Assembly: GCA_051362555.1 (NCBI GenBank)
Contig: CM120640.1
Span: forward strand, 62,102,788 to 62,166,787
Origin: Lingula anatina
Lineage: Eukaryota; Animalia; Brachiopoda
Direction of reading: 5' to 3'
DNA: 64,000 nt
Numbering within the stretch: position 1 is the first letter of the stretch; every line of letters begins with the position of its first letter. The translations under genes and the position numbers were made by a program. Positions 14,422 to 27,321 of the stretch are shown one piece after another. The notes beneath the pieces were generated by a model that saw only the letters and a program-made list of their open reading frames with translations, made no database searches and was not told where the DNA came from.

Positions 14422-14712
14422 CATAGCAAAATAACGCAGACTAGTGGCATCAAACGACAAGGGGTCACAGTAAATTTATTTTAGTAGGCTAACTTCTTCA
14501 CTCAAGGACGCCATACTGTGAATTTTATGGACTGAACATAGCAGGGGGCGTAAATGCCAGCAGAATAATCGCCAACTATTGACTAGCTACTATTTAATGA
14601 AAATCCTCCGTAATGTGCTCATACCAAAACAAGAATCACACTGTTAATCGAGTAGTTTATAAATTTTAAATTATTTCCATGAGGTGCAATGCATATGCCA
14701 TAATATCATTAA

Positions 14713-15043
14713 AGGGATAACAACTGTTCATTTTGGCCAAAAATGAATTTTCCTGGGGTAAAGGACAATTTTTCCAAACTTATCAATTGTAAATGAATCC
14801 ATTCCCACATTCAAGATTAGTCCCTGGTTTTTTTCTAAAACGTTTGGTTTTTTTGTAATAATCTCTTAAGAGATTATTGCAGAGTGTACCCATCTATGGA
14901 GGACACGTGATGTGATGGCAAGCACAAAGTTAACTGTGTTAACCGCCGTTTTGGGGGTAAAATAGAATTTATTGTATTTCTGTGAGTTATTTACGATGTA
15001 TTTATTGCGAAATATGGATATCTTACCAACGGTTGCTATCCCT
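14713..15043. mobile_element. Kolobok-like MITE
   Basis: TTAA|AGGGATAACAAC ... GTTGCTATCCCT|TTAA: TTAA target duplication, RR termini and 12-bp imperfect TIRs. Confidence 0.75.
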
Positions 15044-16044
15044 TTAATTGCCTTGCCTTCTTGTCTTCATTTTAACCATGAATATCTTCATATTTTGATG
15101 GCAACAATGTATAAATTCCTAATTCCATTGAACGGCAAAGCAGGAAGATGAAAGAGTGAGACACCACAAGAACCTCTAAGATAAATGTAGATGCTTTGTT
15201 GTGTTTAAGGACGTTGACAAACGTTATTAGTTTTAAAGATGAAAGAAAATAACTGCAGCATTAAAGTATACTGTAAACGGAATTCCCTAATCGTCTCCCA
15301 ATGACATCTAATTCAAGTATTTAGCGTATTGGCATGCTAGTTTTGATGAGAGTAGAAAAAGACATTAAGAAAAAAGAAATGGCCTGCTTAAGTAAGCAGT
15401 CTACGTTATACTGAGAGTCAGATTTCGATCTACAGAGGAAATATATGAGAGGAGGAAGACGGAAAGACGAATTAAAGCTGTACCTAATATCAACGTATTA
15501 TTAAGTGCGCCATTCTTGTTATATCCACGGACAGAGAGACGGACAGAAAAACAGATTTGGCAAACAAACATTCAAGAAGGCAGACCAGCGGATAGGCAGA
15601 CAGCTAGGCAATAAAGTACCTGCTCAAAATTTTGCATAATTGCAGCTGACATACAAAGTAAAATAGAAACAAATTTTCTACTCGGCAAATATCGAGTAGA
15701 AGAGCTTTAATTACTTAGACTGTAAATTTTAACATCAAACAAAATGCTAAAACAGACCCCATTCAAGGCAATTAAATGACTACGTTTTATGTAACGCCAA
15801 AGCTAAATTACACACAACATTAATATTGGCATTAGGCAACTAATGAGGTTTTTCCATAGTTTATAGGAACGGAAGAAGTATCAGACCTGTGACCTGTGAC
15901 CGCGCTACTATTCCGAGTATTCGTGCTGTTTCGCCTGGATGTTTTGAGGTAATTGAAACTACTTTAGCTTTACGTAATATAGATCATTGTGACCTTGGAC
16001 AGTAACGCCAAGGGGAGGCGACCTTTGTGCCTTTTTTTATGCAA

Positions 16045-17390
16045 CCGTTAAATTGGTCATAGCAAAGTTGAAGGCTCAAAGGAGGCACAGTGGTCGCTCA
16101 GGACGTACACGGGGGGTGCACAGGATGTTCAGACAAAGGTTGAAGAGTTGTTTGCTAAAAGATGGCTTTTCTGAGACAGAAAGGAGGTACAAGCATCGCT
16201 GTGGTTGCAGAAGCTTGCTGCAGACCAGCCTACATGCTTGCTCTCCGATTCTTACTTTTTATCGTAATTCTAGGGCCAACCCTTTGGAAAATTTAAAATT
16301 CACCGACTCCATTCAAAGGTAATTATAAAAGGCCCTTCATCTTCTAGTCGCCACTCTATAGACTCTACTTAGCCGGCTCTAGTCTTGAATTGTAACCCTC
16401 TGAGTTTTGACAGCCAGGGGCAGACCGACTAAGTTCGTGGTCTCCATCCTTTGCGTCTGTTCACTCTGCTTCCGAGGACAACAATGGCCACCTGGTTCCC
16501 AATCAGTGCATGCGGACATAGTAATGAGGTAGTATGCAAGATGTTATTAATCCCTTAGTATCTTTCTTCTGGAAATGCTTTCATTTGTGCCACTAGAATG
16601 GAGCTGTTGAAAATCAAGAAAAGCGCCAAAACCAAATCACCCATATACCCATAAATGGTCCCTAAAACAACATTCGTTTGTCCCACAGAGGCATGTTTGA
16701 ATTGTTACCAATGAACGATGTTAGCTAATAATGGTACAGATTGAGATTGATTACTCAATACCATTTTTGTAACATTATGATTGATTACTCAGCATTTTCG
16801 TAGATCGGTTGTTTTGTTTTAAATCGGGTCGGAAACCGTGGGCTGCACAGGGCATGCTTGATCTCAGTGGGCGACCAGGACAACATGAACATTTCCGATT
16901 TGGTCGTTCTAGGGGTCACAAGGAACTCTGCAGCAGTTGCACATGAAGGCAATCTTTGTCTCTCCATTGTACAACTATGAATGGGTCCCGGTTGCTGTTT
17001 TAGACCCAAAGGAAGTACAGAGCTCGATGTTCGAACCGGTCGTACAAAGGTCGAGGATGAGGCTGGTTGCTCAAAGGTGGCTCAAAGGAGCCAGAACAGA
17101 GGTGCAAGTTTTGCTGTGGTTGCAGATTGAATACACAATGGATGGTCAGAAATCACCATGAAGGCTCTTATAGATGCAATTGCTACTGAGAATCTGGGAG
17201 ATGCTACTGCCACCATTGTGCCTTCCTTGTCGTACCATTGGTGCCCAATGAACAATGATTATGGTGACCACAGAACCTGCACGGCGAACTTTGAGCAACT
17301 ATGACAATATTTCTCTCCCTTTCTTCCTCTCTTCTGCACCCTTCATGTTTCCTGTCAACTTCTTTGTCGCAACCCGCTCATCAAAGATGC
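16045..17390. repeat. Old degenerate DNA-transposon-like repeat (related internal motifs in direct and inverted orientation)
   Basis: ggctcaaaggagg...gctgtggttgcaga at about 16072-16211 recurs at about 17079-17126. ctttgagcaactatgacaat (about 17289) is an inverted relative of attggtcatagc...ggctcaaag (about 16052). Confidence 0.4.
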
Positions 17391-17454
17391 AGAGTATTTA
17401 GATTTTGTCCTAAATTATTCTGATCCGTTATCATATATAAGGTTCTAATAAATA

Positions 17455-17842
17455 GCGATGATAGCTCGGGTTCTTGTCACTAGTGGCAAGGAATATGAGA
17501 GTCCCAGATATAGCATCAAACCAGCCTCCAAGCTTGGTATTCTTGGCTTCTCCCTTAGCTTCTCCCTTTCTCCCTCCCATGGGCTATCCCTATGTTCTCC
17601 AGGTTGCTCAAAAGAAGGCAAGGATCTCCCGAACATCGCTGAGCTGTAACATATTAGGAAGAAGCCTAGTGGAATGGTTGTCACTGATCACCACTGATGA
17701 TACGGAAAAGGCTCAGATGGGTCTCGATGGGTGCTTAAACAGTGCTCGGGGTTCCCCGTGTTGCCTATACACACGTTGAATGCCATAGTAGGTTGCACAT
17801 GAACCTACAGGGGCGGCAGGCAAGTGTGTAAGCACAGGTCGC

Positions 17843-17883
<41 letters not shown>
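17455..17883 (+). mobile_element. Degraded 3' end of an RTE-clade LINE with (TAG)n tail
   Basis: Frameshifted fragments resemble the RTE ORF C-terminus (RVPDIA; KAQ-DGSRW similar to AQDRxxW) and are followed by a (TAG)n short-repeat tail at 17843-17883. Confidence 0.4.
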
Positions 17884-20800
17884 AGAAAACATTAGATTGA
17901 GTTGTTCATGAGAGGCACAGTGATCGCTGGAGCAGAAACATGGTTTTCTGGGTTCAGCGACAACTGAGCGTCTGGTAATATTTTGTCTTGTGTAGATGAA
18001 CCCTTCAGAATAAAGCTGTGCCGCCACAAAGTTATGTAGTGTTTGTAAATACATCGTCACTGCACAGCACTATTATTTGAATTTGTATGGGGGCAGAACA
18101 GCTTCAGGACTGGGATATACAAGTTATATAGAGTGGACAGACCCAGCAGCGTGTACCTCTCCTGTCCTTTTGTGGTCTAAATATGGTATTGCTAACCCAT
18201 CATGGAAGTCCCTGAGGCTTTATCGTTCATTGTTTTGTGTCGTGTCGGCTCCAATCGGTTTTCCTTGAATCATACGCTATAAAAAGACGAGGAGATTTGT
18301 GTCACGATTTCCTGTAGAGTAGCATACACGTATGATTAACGTGCCATTCATGAGAGAAAAACGTGACACTTAAAGAAAGAAGACTTGTTCAACGTTGACA
18401 CCTATTCTGGGCCATAATCGCTTTTTTGAGAGGTATAAAGCTTCTCAAGACATTAAAATTAATCGACATGCACAGTGATATAGTGAAATCATTCGAGTTA
18501 AAATTTATAGCAGGTTATGTTATATGTTTTAGGGTGTATTCTGAAGAAAATCCCCACGAACATACCATCTCCCAAAACGTTTTTACATCGTATTTGAATA
18601 GATTTCGTACTGATCAAAATCTTGACTTTCGATGCTTTTTCTTTACAACTTTTTCATCTTTAACGTTGTAAACATGGTATTTATCGCAATTTTATGATGA
18701 TTTTTCTTTGAAATGTCCAATGAATTCCATGCTGAACTTTCAAGTTGGTAAGGTCACATCTGTTTCTCGATGTGAAATGAAAGAAGTTCAAAACTTTCTA
18801 ACTCCACACCTTGATGTTGCCGTTTCAAGTGCTGGAGTAGATCTTATAGAAAGCTGCAAGCCCAACCTTGATGCCAACATAATTGATCTAGACGGAAAGA
18901 TGATTTAGCCTCTAACCCCGAGAGTAACCTGAGCGGAACGATGTGGTGAGTGCTCAAAAAAAGGAGCCCATTTCCTATAATAACTCAAATAACCCGTCAA
19001 ATTAGACTAAAAATACAAATATAAATAATGGGAACTCGTGGAAACCTCTTTTAATAACATGACAAAGGCCTATCCATCCATTTTAAACTTTAAAAGAGAT
19101 ACTGTTTTTTTCCAGTATTTCTCCTTCTGCAATCAAATTTGGAGCATGTTTACACTATCGCTGGAAAGATTTGATTAATATACCTCATTTCAAAAGAATT
19201 CCTGTCCTCCTCTACCCTAAGATCCTGCAAAAGTTACTATTTCCGAGAAGATAAGCAGTTACAACATATTTTCCAACCCGCCCCCTCAGATAATAAGACA
19301 GAATTTAGCTATAAAAAGATCCTCCCGGTGCTCGAGGGTAAGTGTAATTAGTTTTTTTTTTTTACTTATATGCTCTCTTGTGGCTAAGAAGATGTGTTTG
19401 ATAACCCAATTATACATGTATGTAGTGCATTTATGTAACGTATAAAGAGTCTTGAAAAAGACTTGCACCAAACGGTTCATTCGAAAACTTACTTTGTGAG
19501 CCACATCAAACACAAGCTCACTTTTAAAATGCATTCCTTTGCAACACTGTTCTTAGTCCTTATGGATACGTTGAACTTTAATCGTTGACAGGTTGATTAA
19601 TCAATACAATTTACAACACCAACAGCGTACTGTACGTAATGTACCTGTATCTCCAATGTGTGGTCTTGGTCCTTCAGGTCCAGTGAATGTGGGAAATTAT
19701 GGAGTAGTGTTAAAACAACACGCACATGCCTCTGTTAAATGATAGTTAATGAATCTTAGATAATTTCACTGACATACAATTCCAACGTTCTCAGTTTGTT
19801 AATTCTTTCTTTCCTGTAGGGTCATGTTTCTTTCTAGTGACTGCTTCATTCGGTAAATGTGGTGTGTGTAGGCGGCTGTTCTTTCTCTCACCAATTATTT
19901 TTATTGAAAATTCATTGATGTATTATGTTATCAGACTCATATGCAATAAGCAAGGATGGCCAAAGCACTAAGTTTTCTCCGCTGCATGAGTTCTAGCCCA
20001 AAGAAATCCCTTAACAAAACAATTAGTTTCCGATAAATTGTTTCATAAGGCATTGCGCGCAGCAGTGCCTTGAATTACAACTTGTTTTGTCGGCGCGCAA
20101 ATGATTTCGACAAAACACATGCTTGAAGGTACTCTTGCTTTGTTTGTAAGCGATTCTGGGAGATTTGTAACAAGCGCACGGCCGTCTGGTACATTTAAAT
20201 ATCGTTATGTCACATCCTGAGCAATGTAATCGTGGGCGTAAGGCGTGCACGATATTTATCAAAGGGTATATAAAGCAAAATGTGTTGTGACGCCTTCATT
20301 TTTTTTACTTAGGGAAAACAGAGTGTTTGAAGAGCTGCGGCAATACTGTTGAATTTTAGTGATCAGGTTGGTTTAGTAGGATTACATGCATCACCTAATA
20401 ATTTTCAAAGCGTCACTTGTACGTGCAGTTCATATCGATCTGTATAATAATCTCATCAATTTATTTTTCCAGCAAAAAGGCGTATAATACCGACCTGAGT
20501 GGTAAAGTTAGCCGACATCGTAAACTGTTCAGTTCTACCTTCCTTGTTAAAGACAACGTTTCCGCAGAAAACTTATACTTTATGTGAACTGGCAGCTTGT
20601 CAGCCCGTTCATCAGAAGGTGTGGCAAGAAGCAAGCTGCTGGCATATTTGTAGTCTTCGATCGTATTTAAGAGCAGATCAAGCGGCATTTTTACGTTACA
20701 TATCGGTAGAGGAAGACGCTTGTTCTCTCTCTGGGTCAAAGACAACAGGACATAAAGGGACAAAGAGGGGGACGTGTACCTGATAGCGAAATAACTGTCA

Positions 20801-21174
20801 TCGTTTTCATCTGGAGTTGGTAATTAACCTGGCCCGCAGGTCGTTTGCACGTTGTGGAATAAATCAAGAGACGTTGTTTATATCGATCGCAAGATCACGG
20901 CGGCTCAACATTTGCGTGTCCACGTAAGATTTACGATCGTGTGACAAGGAAATGAAAAGGCATACATTTATTTCAAATGTCAGAGGCAGAGATTTCTAAG
21001 AAACACAGGATAATATATACAGGATGGCCAAGAAATTACTCGTCTAAAGTAACCAGGAGTCAGCTAAAAAGAAGTCGATACGGGGAATTATTCAGAGAAG
21101 ACTAAATTAAACTTCATTTGCTACTTGGTTATCATAATAAAATTTTCCTGGCCTTCCTGAACTGGACCGTGGCC

Positions 21175-24100
21175 ATGGAGATCGGCAATACGACAAGTTT
21201 CTGGGTAAACTATTCCACTTTCAATCATCCTCCTGACACCATGCTGAACACAAGCGGCAAAGTAACTTCCTCGATTTCGAACAATCAAGGGAGCTGGACA
21301 GAAAGCGGCATTACAGAAATCTTCTTCACTTTCGACAAACCAGCAACCGTGGTCTTATTTGCTTTGTATATACCGATATTCGTTGTTGCACTGTTTGCAA
21401 ATGTTTTGGTAATTTACATTGTGATGCGGTTCAAAGCGATGAGAAGAGCGAAAAACTTGTTCATCTTTAGCTTGGCCCTGGCAGATTTGGGTGTGACATT
21501 CATTTGCATGCCCGTTAGCTTAGGAGTCATCGTGTACAAAGTTTGGATATATGGTGCAGCACTATGCAAGCTTTCATGGTACATGCAAGGTAAGTAACCT
21601 TTCTGGTGAATGTTTGAGCTTTCTACTGTTTTGTTTACAAGAGTAACTAAGTCATAAATGCTAGACAATATGCTATAAATAACAATTTGTGTTCGACAGA
21701 ATAAATGTTCATTGTCTGAGACATCCATTTGCTTTATTATGAATATATTTATCAGCTGCTAACACTATTCTTCATAAATGCGACAAATGAATACAACAAC
21801 ACAGAAGATAATCTTAATATCCCGAACACAGAATATCCCTTGAGCTCTCACAACCGATTACATATGGTGATGTATGGAGTTCAATCTTTTTTAGATGACA
21901 AGAGTTGTGTTCAGGAAAATTATTTGTTCTTTGCAATATTACATGTGCCCTTTTATTGATGGATTCATCATTTCATTCTGTAACCGCTGCCTTATCTGCA
22001 TGAGTAGGCATCTGTTACTTTCCATCGACTAAACTATACATCAGTCTTTATTAGAGGGCGACACTTCGTCTTATCTTGAAAAGAAACGACTGATGGCATA
22101 TGCAACTGAACAAAACATAGCGTTTTCCCTTTTGGACTGATAAATCAACTATCTCGTCAGCTGGAAAATAATGTTTGGCATCGTATGCAAACCAAAACTA
22201 AACGCGTATTCCAAAGACATGCCACTGTCGCGGTACTGGTGTGCCCAATGACAGTACCGAACTGGCGTTTTTATGAAAACGGGCAGTTTTGTTAATGACG
22301 AGAACGGAATATCCATGTTAATATCAACCTTTTCATTTAGTCGCTGAGAAGAACCTATATTTAAGTACCGTAAAACAGGATTTGGGTGCATTTTTTAACG
22401 TGGCACTTTCATGTATTTGAAATGCCAGCAGTGCTTATTGCTTAAACCTGTGTGAAAGAGTTAATGCCAAACTTACATTTTAAAACCTTTTTTTCGGTCT
22501 TCGTTGTGAAAGTAGCTGCATGTTTGGTTGTATAGAAATAGCAGTTCGAGTCTTTTGCTAAGGTACGTGTTGGGCTTGGTTTGTTACTTTGATTGTAGTT
22601 CAAAGATCGATAAAAAGCAAAACCAAATTTTCCCGAAAACTTAATGAACTTTAACTTGACCAACTACGTCTTATATCAGTCGATGGTTTCGCTTCGACTG
22701 CCAAACCTGAAATGAGGCGGTTGTGTGATAAATCTTATGAATCCGATGATAACGAATATAATAGATAATTTCAAGGGAAATTAAGCGACTCCTTTACAAA
22801 GATGTTGAAGATGTATCAAAATTTTGTTTCAGCATTCTTAGTACTTATTTCTATCACTTGGGACACGATTTGAGCCTTCTTCGGTGTGACGGGAATGATA
22901 GTCCTAGGAATGGAAGTCGGGGTCCCATATGATTAGTACAGATTAAGGTTAGTCGGAGTATTTTGGTTAATACATGGGACAAATGTCACCTGTACAAAGT
23001 AATGGGGAACGGTTTCTACGGTTCCTACAGTTCCTAGCGGACTACCATTCCTGTCACACGGCACTACAACATGCAGAAGAAATGTGCCCAATAAATGATA
23101 ATACTTACGTATTTTTTGCATACATCACTGCAAACGTTTTGGTGTTAAGAGTAAAAGCTATTATTTGGCTTAGTCATTTTATACTTACTTATTGTCCATC
23201 GACAATGAGGAAAAATGAAAACTGTCTCAAAGGTTTGATAGGCGCAATATAATGTTTCCCGTTCAGAAATCTGCATGCAGAAATGACCATAAGTGTTTTG
23301 ACAAAGGCTTGACCAGTTTTGTTTGCCCGTTTGACATTTTCTTGGAAACTGCCACTTCGGCTGAAAAAAAGTTCATTTAGTATCATTAAGATCCAACAAT
23401 TACAATTATCGACCCCACACTGTGCTTTAAAATTAGAGTAATCAGCAAGAAATCGTTATTTCTAGTGAGGAAAATTAGTTTAATTAGTTAAATTTGTTAG
23501 CACTGTTCCCTTCATTAGCAGTTTGTAATCCACTGAAAGTAGCTACACCTCCCTTTCTGTAGAGACAAAATTGGAAATCAACCAAAAATGAAGGGATACT
23601 CTTTCAAAAAGATCTTGAAGAGATGCAAATTCTGACCGTGGGATTGGTGATACGATGCGTACTTTAACCGATTTTAAATGAAAAATATCGAACAGCTCTT
23701 TGTCCGTGAATTCGATATTCTCATCTTCCCTTTGTTTGATTTGAGTTAAAAACACCGTGTCGCCAGTGGCCCGTAATAGTACGGATGGATACAACATTTA
23801 CATGTTCTTATGCAACGTGTGCTTTGCGCGATCAACATGAGATATTTAAACACATTTCAACATGATTGAACTGGGCCCATTGAACTCAAATAACAGCAAC
23901 ATTCATTGCAAGCCGATAAATATGATCAGGCCAATGTTTTATTACATACGGTCAGGCATGTGTCAGTCACAGTAACACTCACCAACATGTAATAAGAAAT
24001 GTGTCTGTTCAGTGCAGTCAAGGGTTCTGGAAAATATTCAGGCAGTAAATGATCTGAATGATGACATTACGTCTGAACGCGTTATCTCAGCTTGATGTGT

Positions 24101-26636
24101 TACTGGAAATCTGGGAACGATGTTTAAATATAACCTCAAAACAGTGGGGGAATTTGTTCGTTCTTACTTATCGCGAAAGTTCGAGGAAATGTGCCACTGG
24201 CTTTTTTTTTTCAGTTTACCGTTAAAGCCGCCCTAACGCCTCGAGCGTGCTGGTGTAATTAACATGGTTCTTTTAAGGCTAATCAATTCTTTGGTTTTTC
24301 TTCACAGACATCTTAAAAGAACTCCGGGAAATCAAACAGTCTGTCAATTTCCCTTTGAGGTGAACCCGTACAATGTTGCTTTTGAAGACCTTGATCAAAC
24401 GATTGGGTTGACAACTTAACTCTGTGCAATTTGTCTAAACCTTCTGGGACACCTTAAAAGAACTCCTAAAGAAAGTATTACCAAATCGAATGGTAGACTT
24501 GGTATCAATGACTTTCACACAGTAAATGAAACAATCAACTTGACTAATTTCTGTTGCTATCGGCGCGACTTCTTCTTATCTAATGTATTATCTTTAAGAT
24601 CTTACCAAATGATTAGGTTTAGAATGCCTTTAAGTATAGTATGAACATTTATACAGCTATGGGTACAAATATAACAGCAACCTCACATTTACGAATTAGG
24701 CAGTCGCTGTTAGTGTTATACCGTATGCTTCAGGCTAACACATGCGAAATAGAACAGCAAGTGGCGCCTGTTTACGTCTCGCTATTGACCACCGCACCTA
24801 AATGATCTTTCCTACTTTGGCAAAGCTTTTCATTTGTGAGGGATTAATGCTGACATAGGCCAAAAAGAACACTCTAATTAAGAATCGATGTAAAAATGCA
24901 GATAAAAACAAAATGTTTACGATTGATAGAACGAAGTAGGAGCACGGTTTCAGAAAAATTGCTGAATGTCAGATAAACACGAAAGATCACGAAAAGACGT
25001 TTGATTCTAGTCGCGTTAAAACATACTGTATATCGGCCATTGCATGAAAAAGTTTTAACTGAAACCAGACACAGTGCAGCAAGAGACCATTTACAATTAT
25101 TTTCATTGATTTAACCATATTTTGCATTATGTCATAAAAGGTAATCAACGTGAACCGTTACTTTACATTTGTCACAAATGGTCTTACATTCTGTGCTTAC
25201 TATCTCCAAGAAAAAAAGAGAGAAATTTGATTGTTGAGGTGTAATGTCAATGGACCTGGCGTGTGAATATCTCGTTTGGAAAGACTGATGAATGCCCTAT
25301 CTAATGTTGTAGGCTATGTTTAACGTGTCGTTTCTCGGTATATATGCAGACCGCGGTGCGACTATTTGGTCCACGAAATACAAAAATGAGCTCTGGAGAT
25401 ATAATGCCCACACGCATTTCGTTCCATTCTTATTCTTGGATTTAGCATCACGCTACTGGTAAAGCTGAATAAAGGCTGTAAACAGGAAATCTCTAAAGCT
25501 CCAAACAGAATTAGAATGTCGTTTGATTACTTGACTCTGTTTACTACTTCTACACACAAACAAAAAACGGTTTTGATTGGCATAACGTCAAATAATTTGT
25601 ATTGTATCACTAACCTAAAGTTTCTACATCTTTTTATACATACTTAGTATACGAGTATTCTTTTACTGGAAATTAAGACATTAAGAGAAATAAAGACAAC
25701 AACATGAGCAAAGCTAATGGTAAACAACCGAGATTCATGCATAAGTAAACCGTGCTATGTCTACTCATCAAGGCCAATCAATACAATCTCTGTTATAAAT
25801 GAATTAGTATTTCCGTAGGCGTGTGTTAATTGTCAAAATATGTAGCAATCCGTTTTATACAAACCCATCTCAAAGTTTTTATTATGCCTTTAATTATTGT
25901 CTGTCAGTTAATTAACATCAGCAACAACACTTTATTTACAGGAGTATGTGTGGCTACCAGTATCCTAACCTTGCAGGCCATGGCGCTAGATCGTTATATA
26001 TCAATTCGGCACCCAATGTCTGGAAACCGACTGAAAACAAGCAAACAAATCATTCAGATCCTGGCAGGAATCTGGGTATTTTCTTTGCTGTTCCTGGGGC
26101 CTATCTTATACGTACGACAAGTTGACAGTTATGCGCATCTGCCAGTGATAGGAAGTTTGGATTTCTGTGCTGAGAAATGGCCAAGACCCGACGGCAAGGA
26201 TAAGATGGCTTACGGCATTCTGTTGCTGCTCATAGTTTACGTGATCCCCTGTGCTGTGGTTGCTGTTTGTTACGCATTCATCGGCAAAACACTGTTTTCT
26301 AAGGAGCTACAAAAGGAAAGTGACATAAACAATACGACGTCAACTTTGATTAGGGGCCGCAAGAGGGCAGCACGGACGCTCATTGGACTGATTATTGTAT
26401 TCATTTGTTGCTGGCTGCCCTATAACATAACTTCAATGTATTTAGACGTCGTTTCCACGGAGACCGATGAACTTAAGATGCTGCCGTTCACTCTTTGGTT
26501 GGGACACGCTCATAGTGCTTTGAACCCGGTACTATATTGTTTGTTCAACAAGCGATTCGGAAAATACATTAAAAAAGCCTTTACATGCAAAAAAGAAGAC
26601 TACAAAGCCCCACACTTAGCCAACCACTTCGGATAA
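21175..26636 (+). CDS. Class A (rhodopsin-like) neuropeptide GPCR, orexin/allatotropin-NPFF-QRFP-receptor-like, 2 coding exons, about 369 aa
   Basis: Exon 1 21175-21589: N-glycosylation-rich N-terminus, TM1 ANVLV, TM2 LALADL, WIYGAALCK. Exon 2 25942-26636: ALDRY, TM4 W, ECL2 Cys (FCAEKW), CWLPY, NPVLY. A phase-1 GT-AG intron interrupts TM3. Confidence 0.92.
22884..23059. mobile_element. Degenerate hairpin MITE in GPCR intron
   Basis: GTGTGACGGGAATGATAGTCC-TAGGAA pairs with TTCCTAGCGGACTACCATTCCTGTCACAC. Inner IR gtcccatatgatta / taatacatgggac. Confidence 0.6.
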
Positions 26637-27224
26637 AAATCTCTTTGGCTGCAAGGTTTTGGTCCTAACTCATCAGTTGCAGCAAATATATTTAACTGGC
26701 AAAAGCAGGAAATAACTTGGTGATTTTTTTTCTTACCAACGGTGATCAAACTTTTGATTGATAAGATAACAATGGTATAAAATAGTACGATGTCAGATCG
26801 AGTACCGCTAGGCCATGCTTGTATCGGTCTAGCTTCCCTCACTTTGGAGTTTGCAGCGGACTGCAGCCATCCAACACGACTAGTGACAAAAGTGGCAACG
26901 GTCTATATGTAATTCAAGGGCGCCCGATTTTAACTTTGTATGAACAATGGTGCTACATTACTGGTTTTGTTTATCCATTTAATGCCATGACATTCAAAAA
27001 CTGTTTATAACAAGATGTTGAGATATTCATGGTAATTGTAGACAGTTAATGATATTACTACGTATGCACTGAACTTTTAACATCGACAAAAATTTAAAAA
27101 AATTGAGGAGCAGTGTAACTCATAGTTGAATACTTGCATACATTGTATTATATCTGATATTCAAATGAGCTTCAATAAGTAATCTTTACACATGTAATTA
27201 TTTTGCTAACAATACATCACATTC

Positions 27225-27289
27225 TTTCTCTCCCTTTCTCCCTCTCTCTCTCTTTTTCTCTCCCCCATTCTCTCTCTCTCACTCTCTCA

Positions 27290-27321
<32 letters not shown>
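27225..27321. repeat. Compound (CT)n/(CA)n microsatellite
   Basis: Direct reading. Confidence 0.9.

Noticed and set aside
20267-20275. TATATAAAG as GPCR TATA box
   Set aside because: About 900 bp from the ATG, adjacent to repeat-like DNA, and with no TSS evidence.
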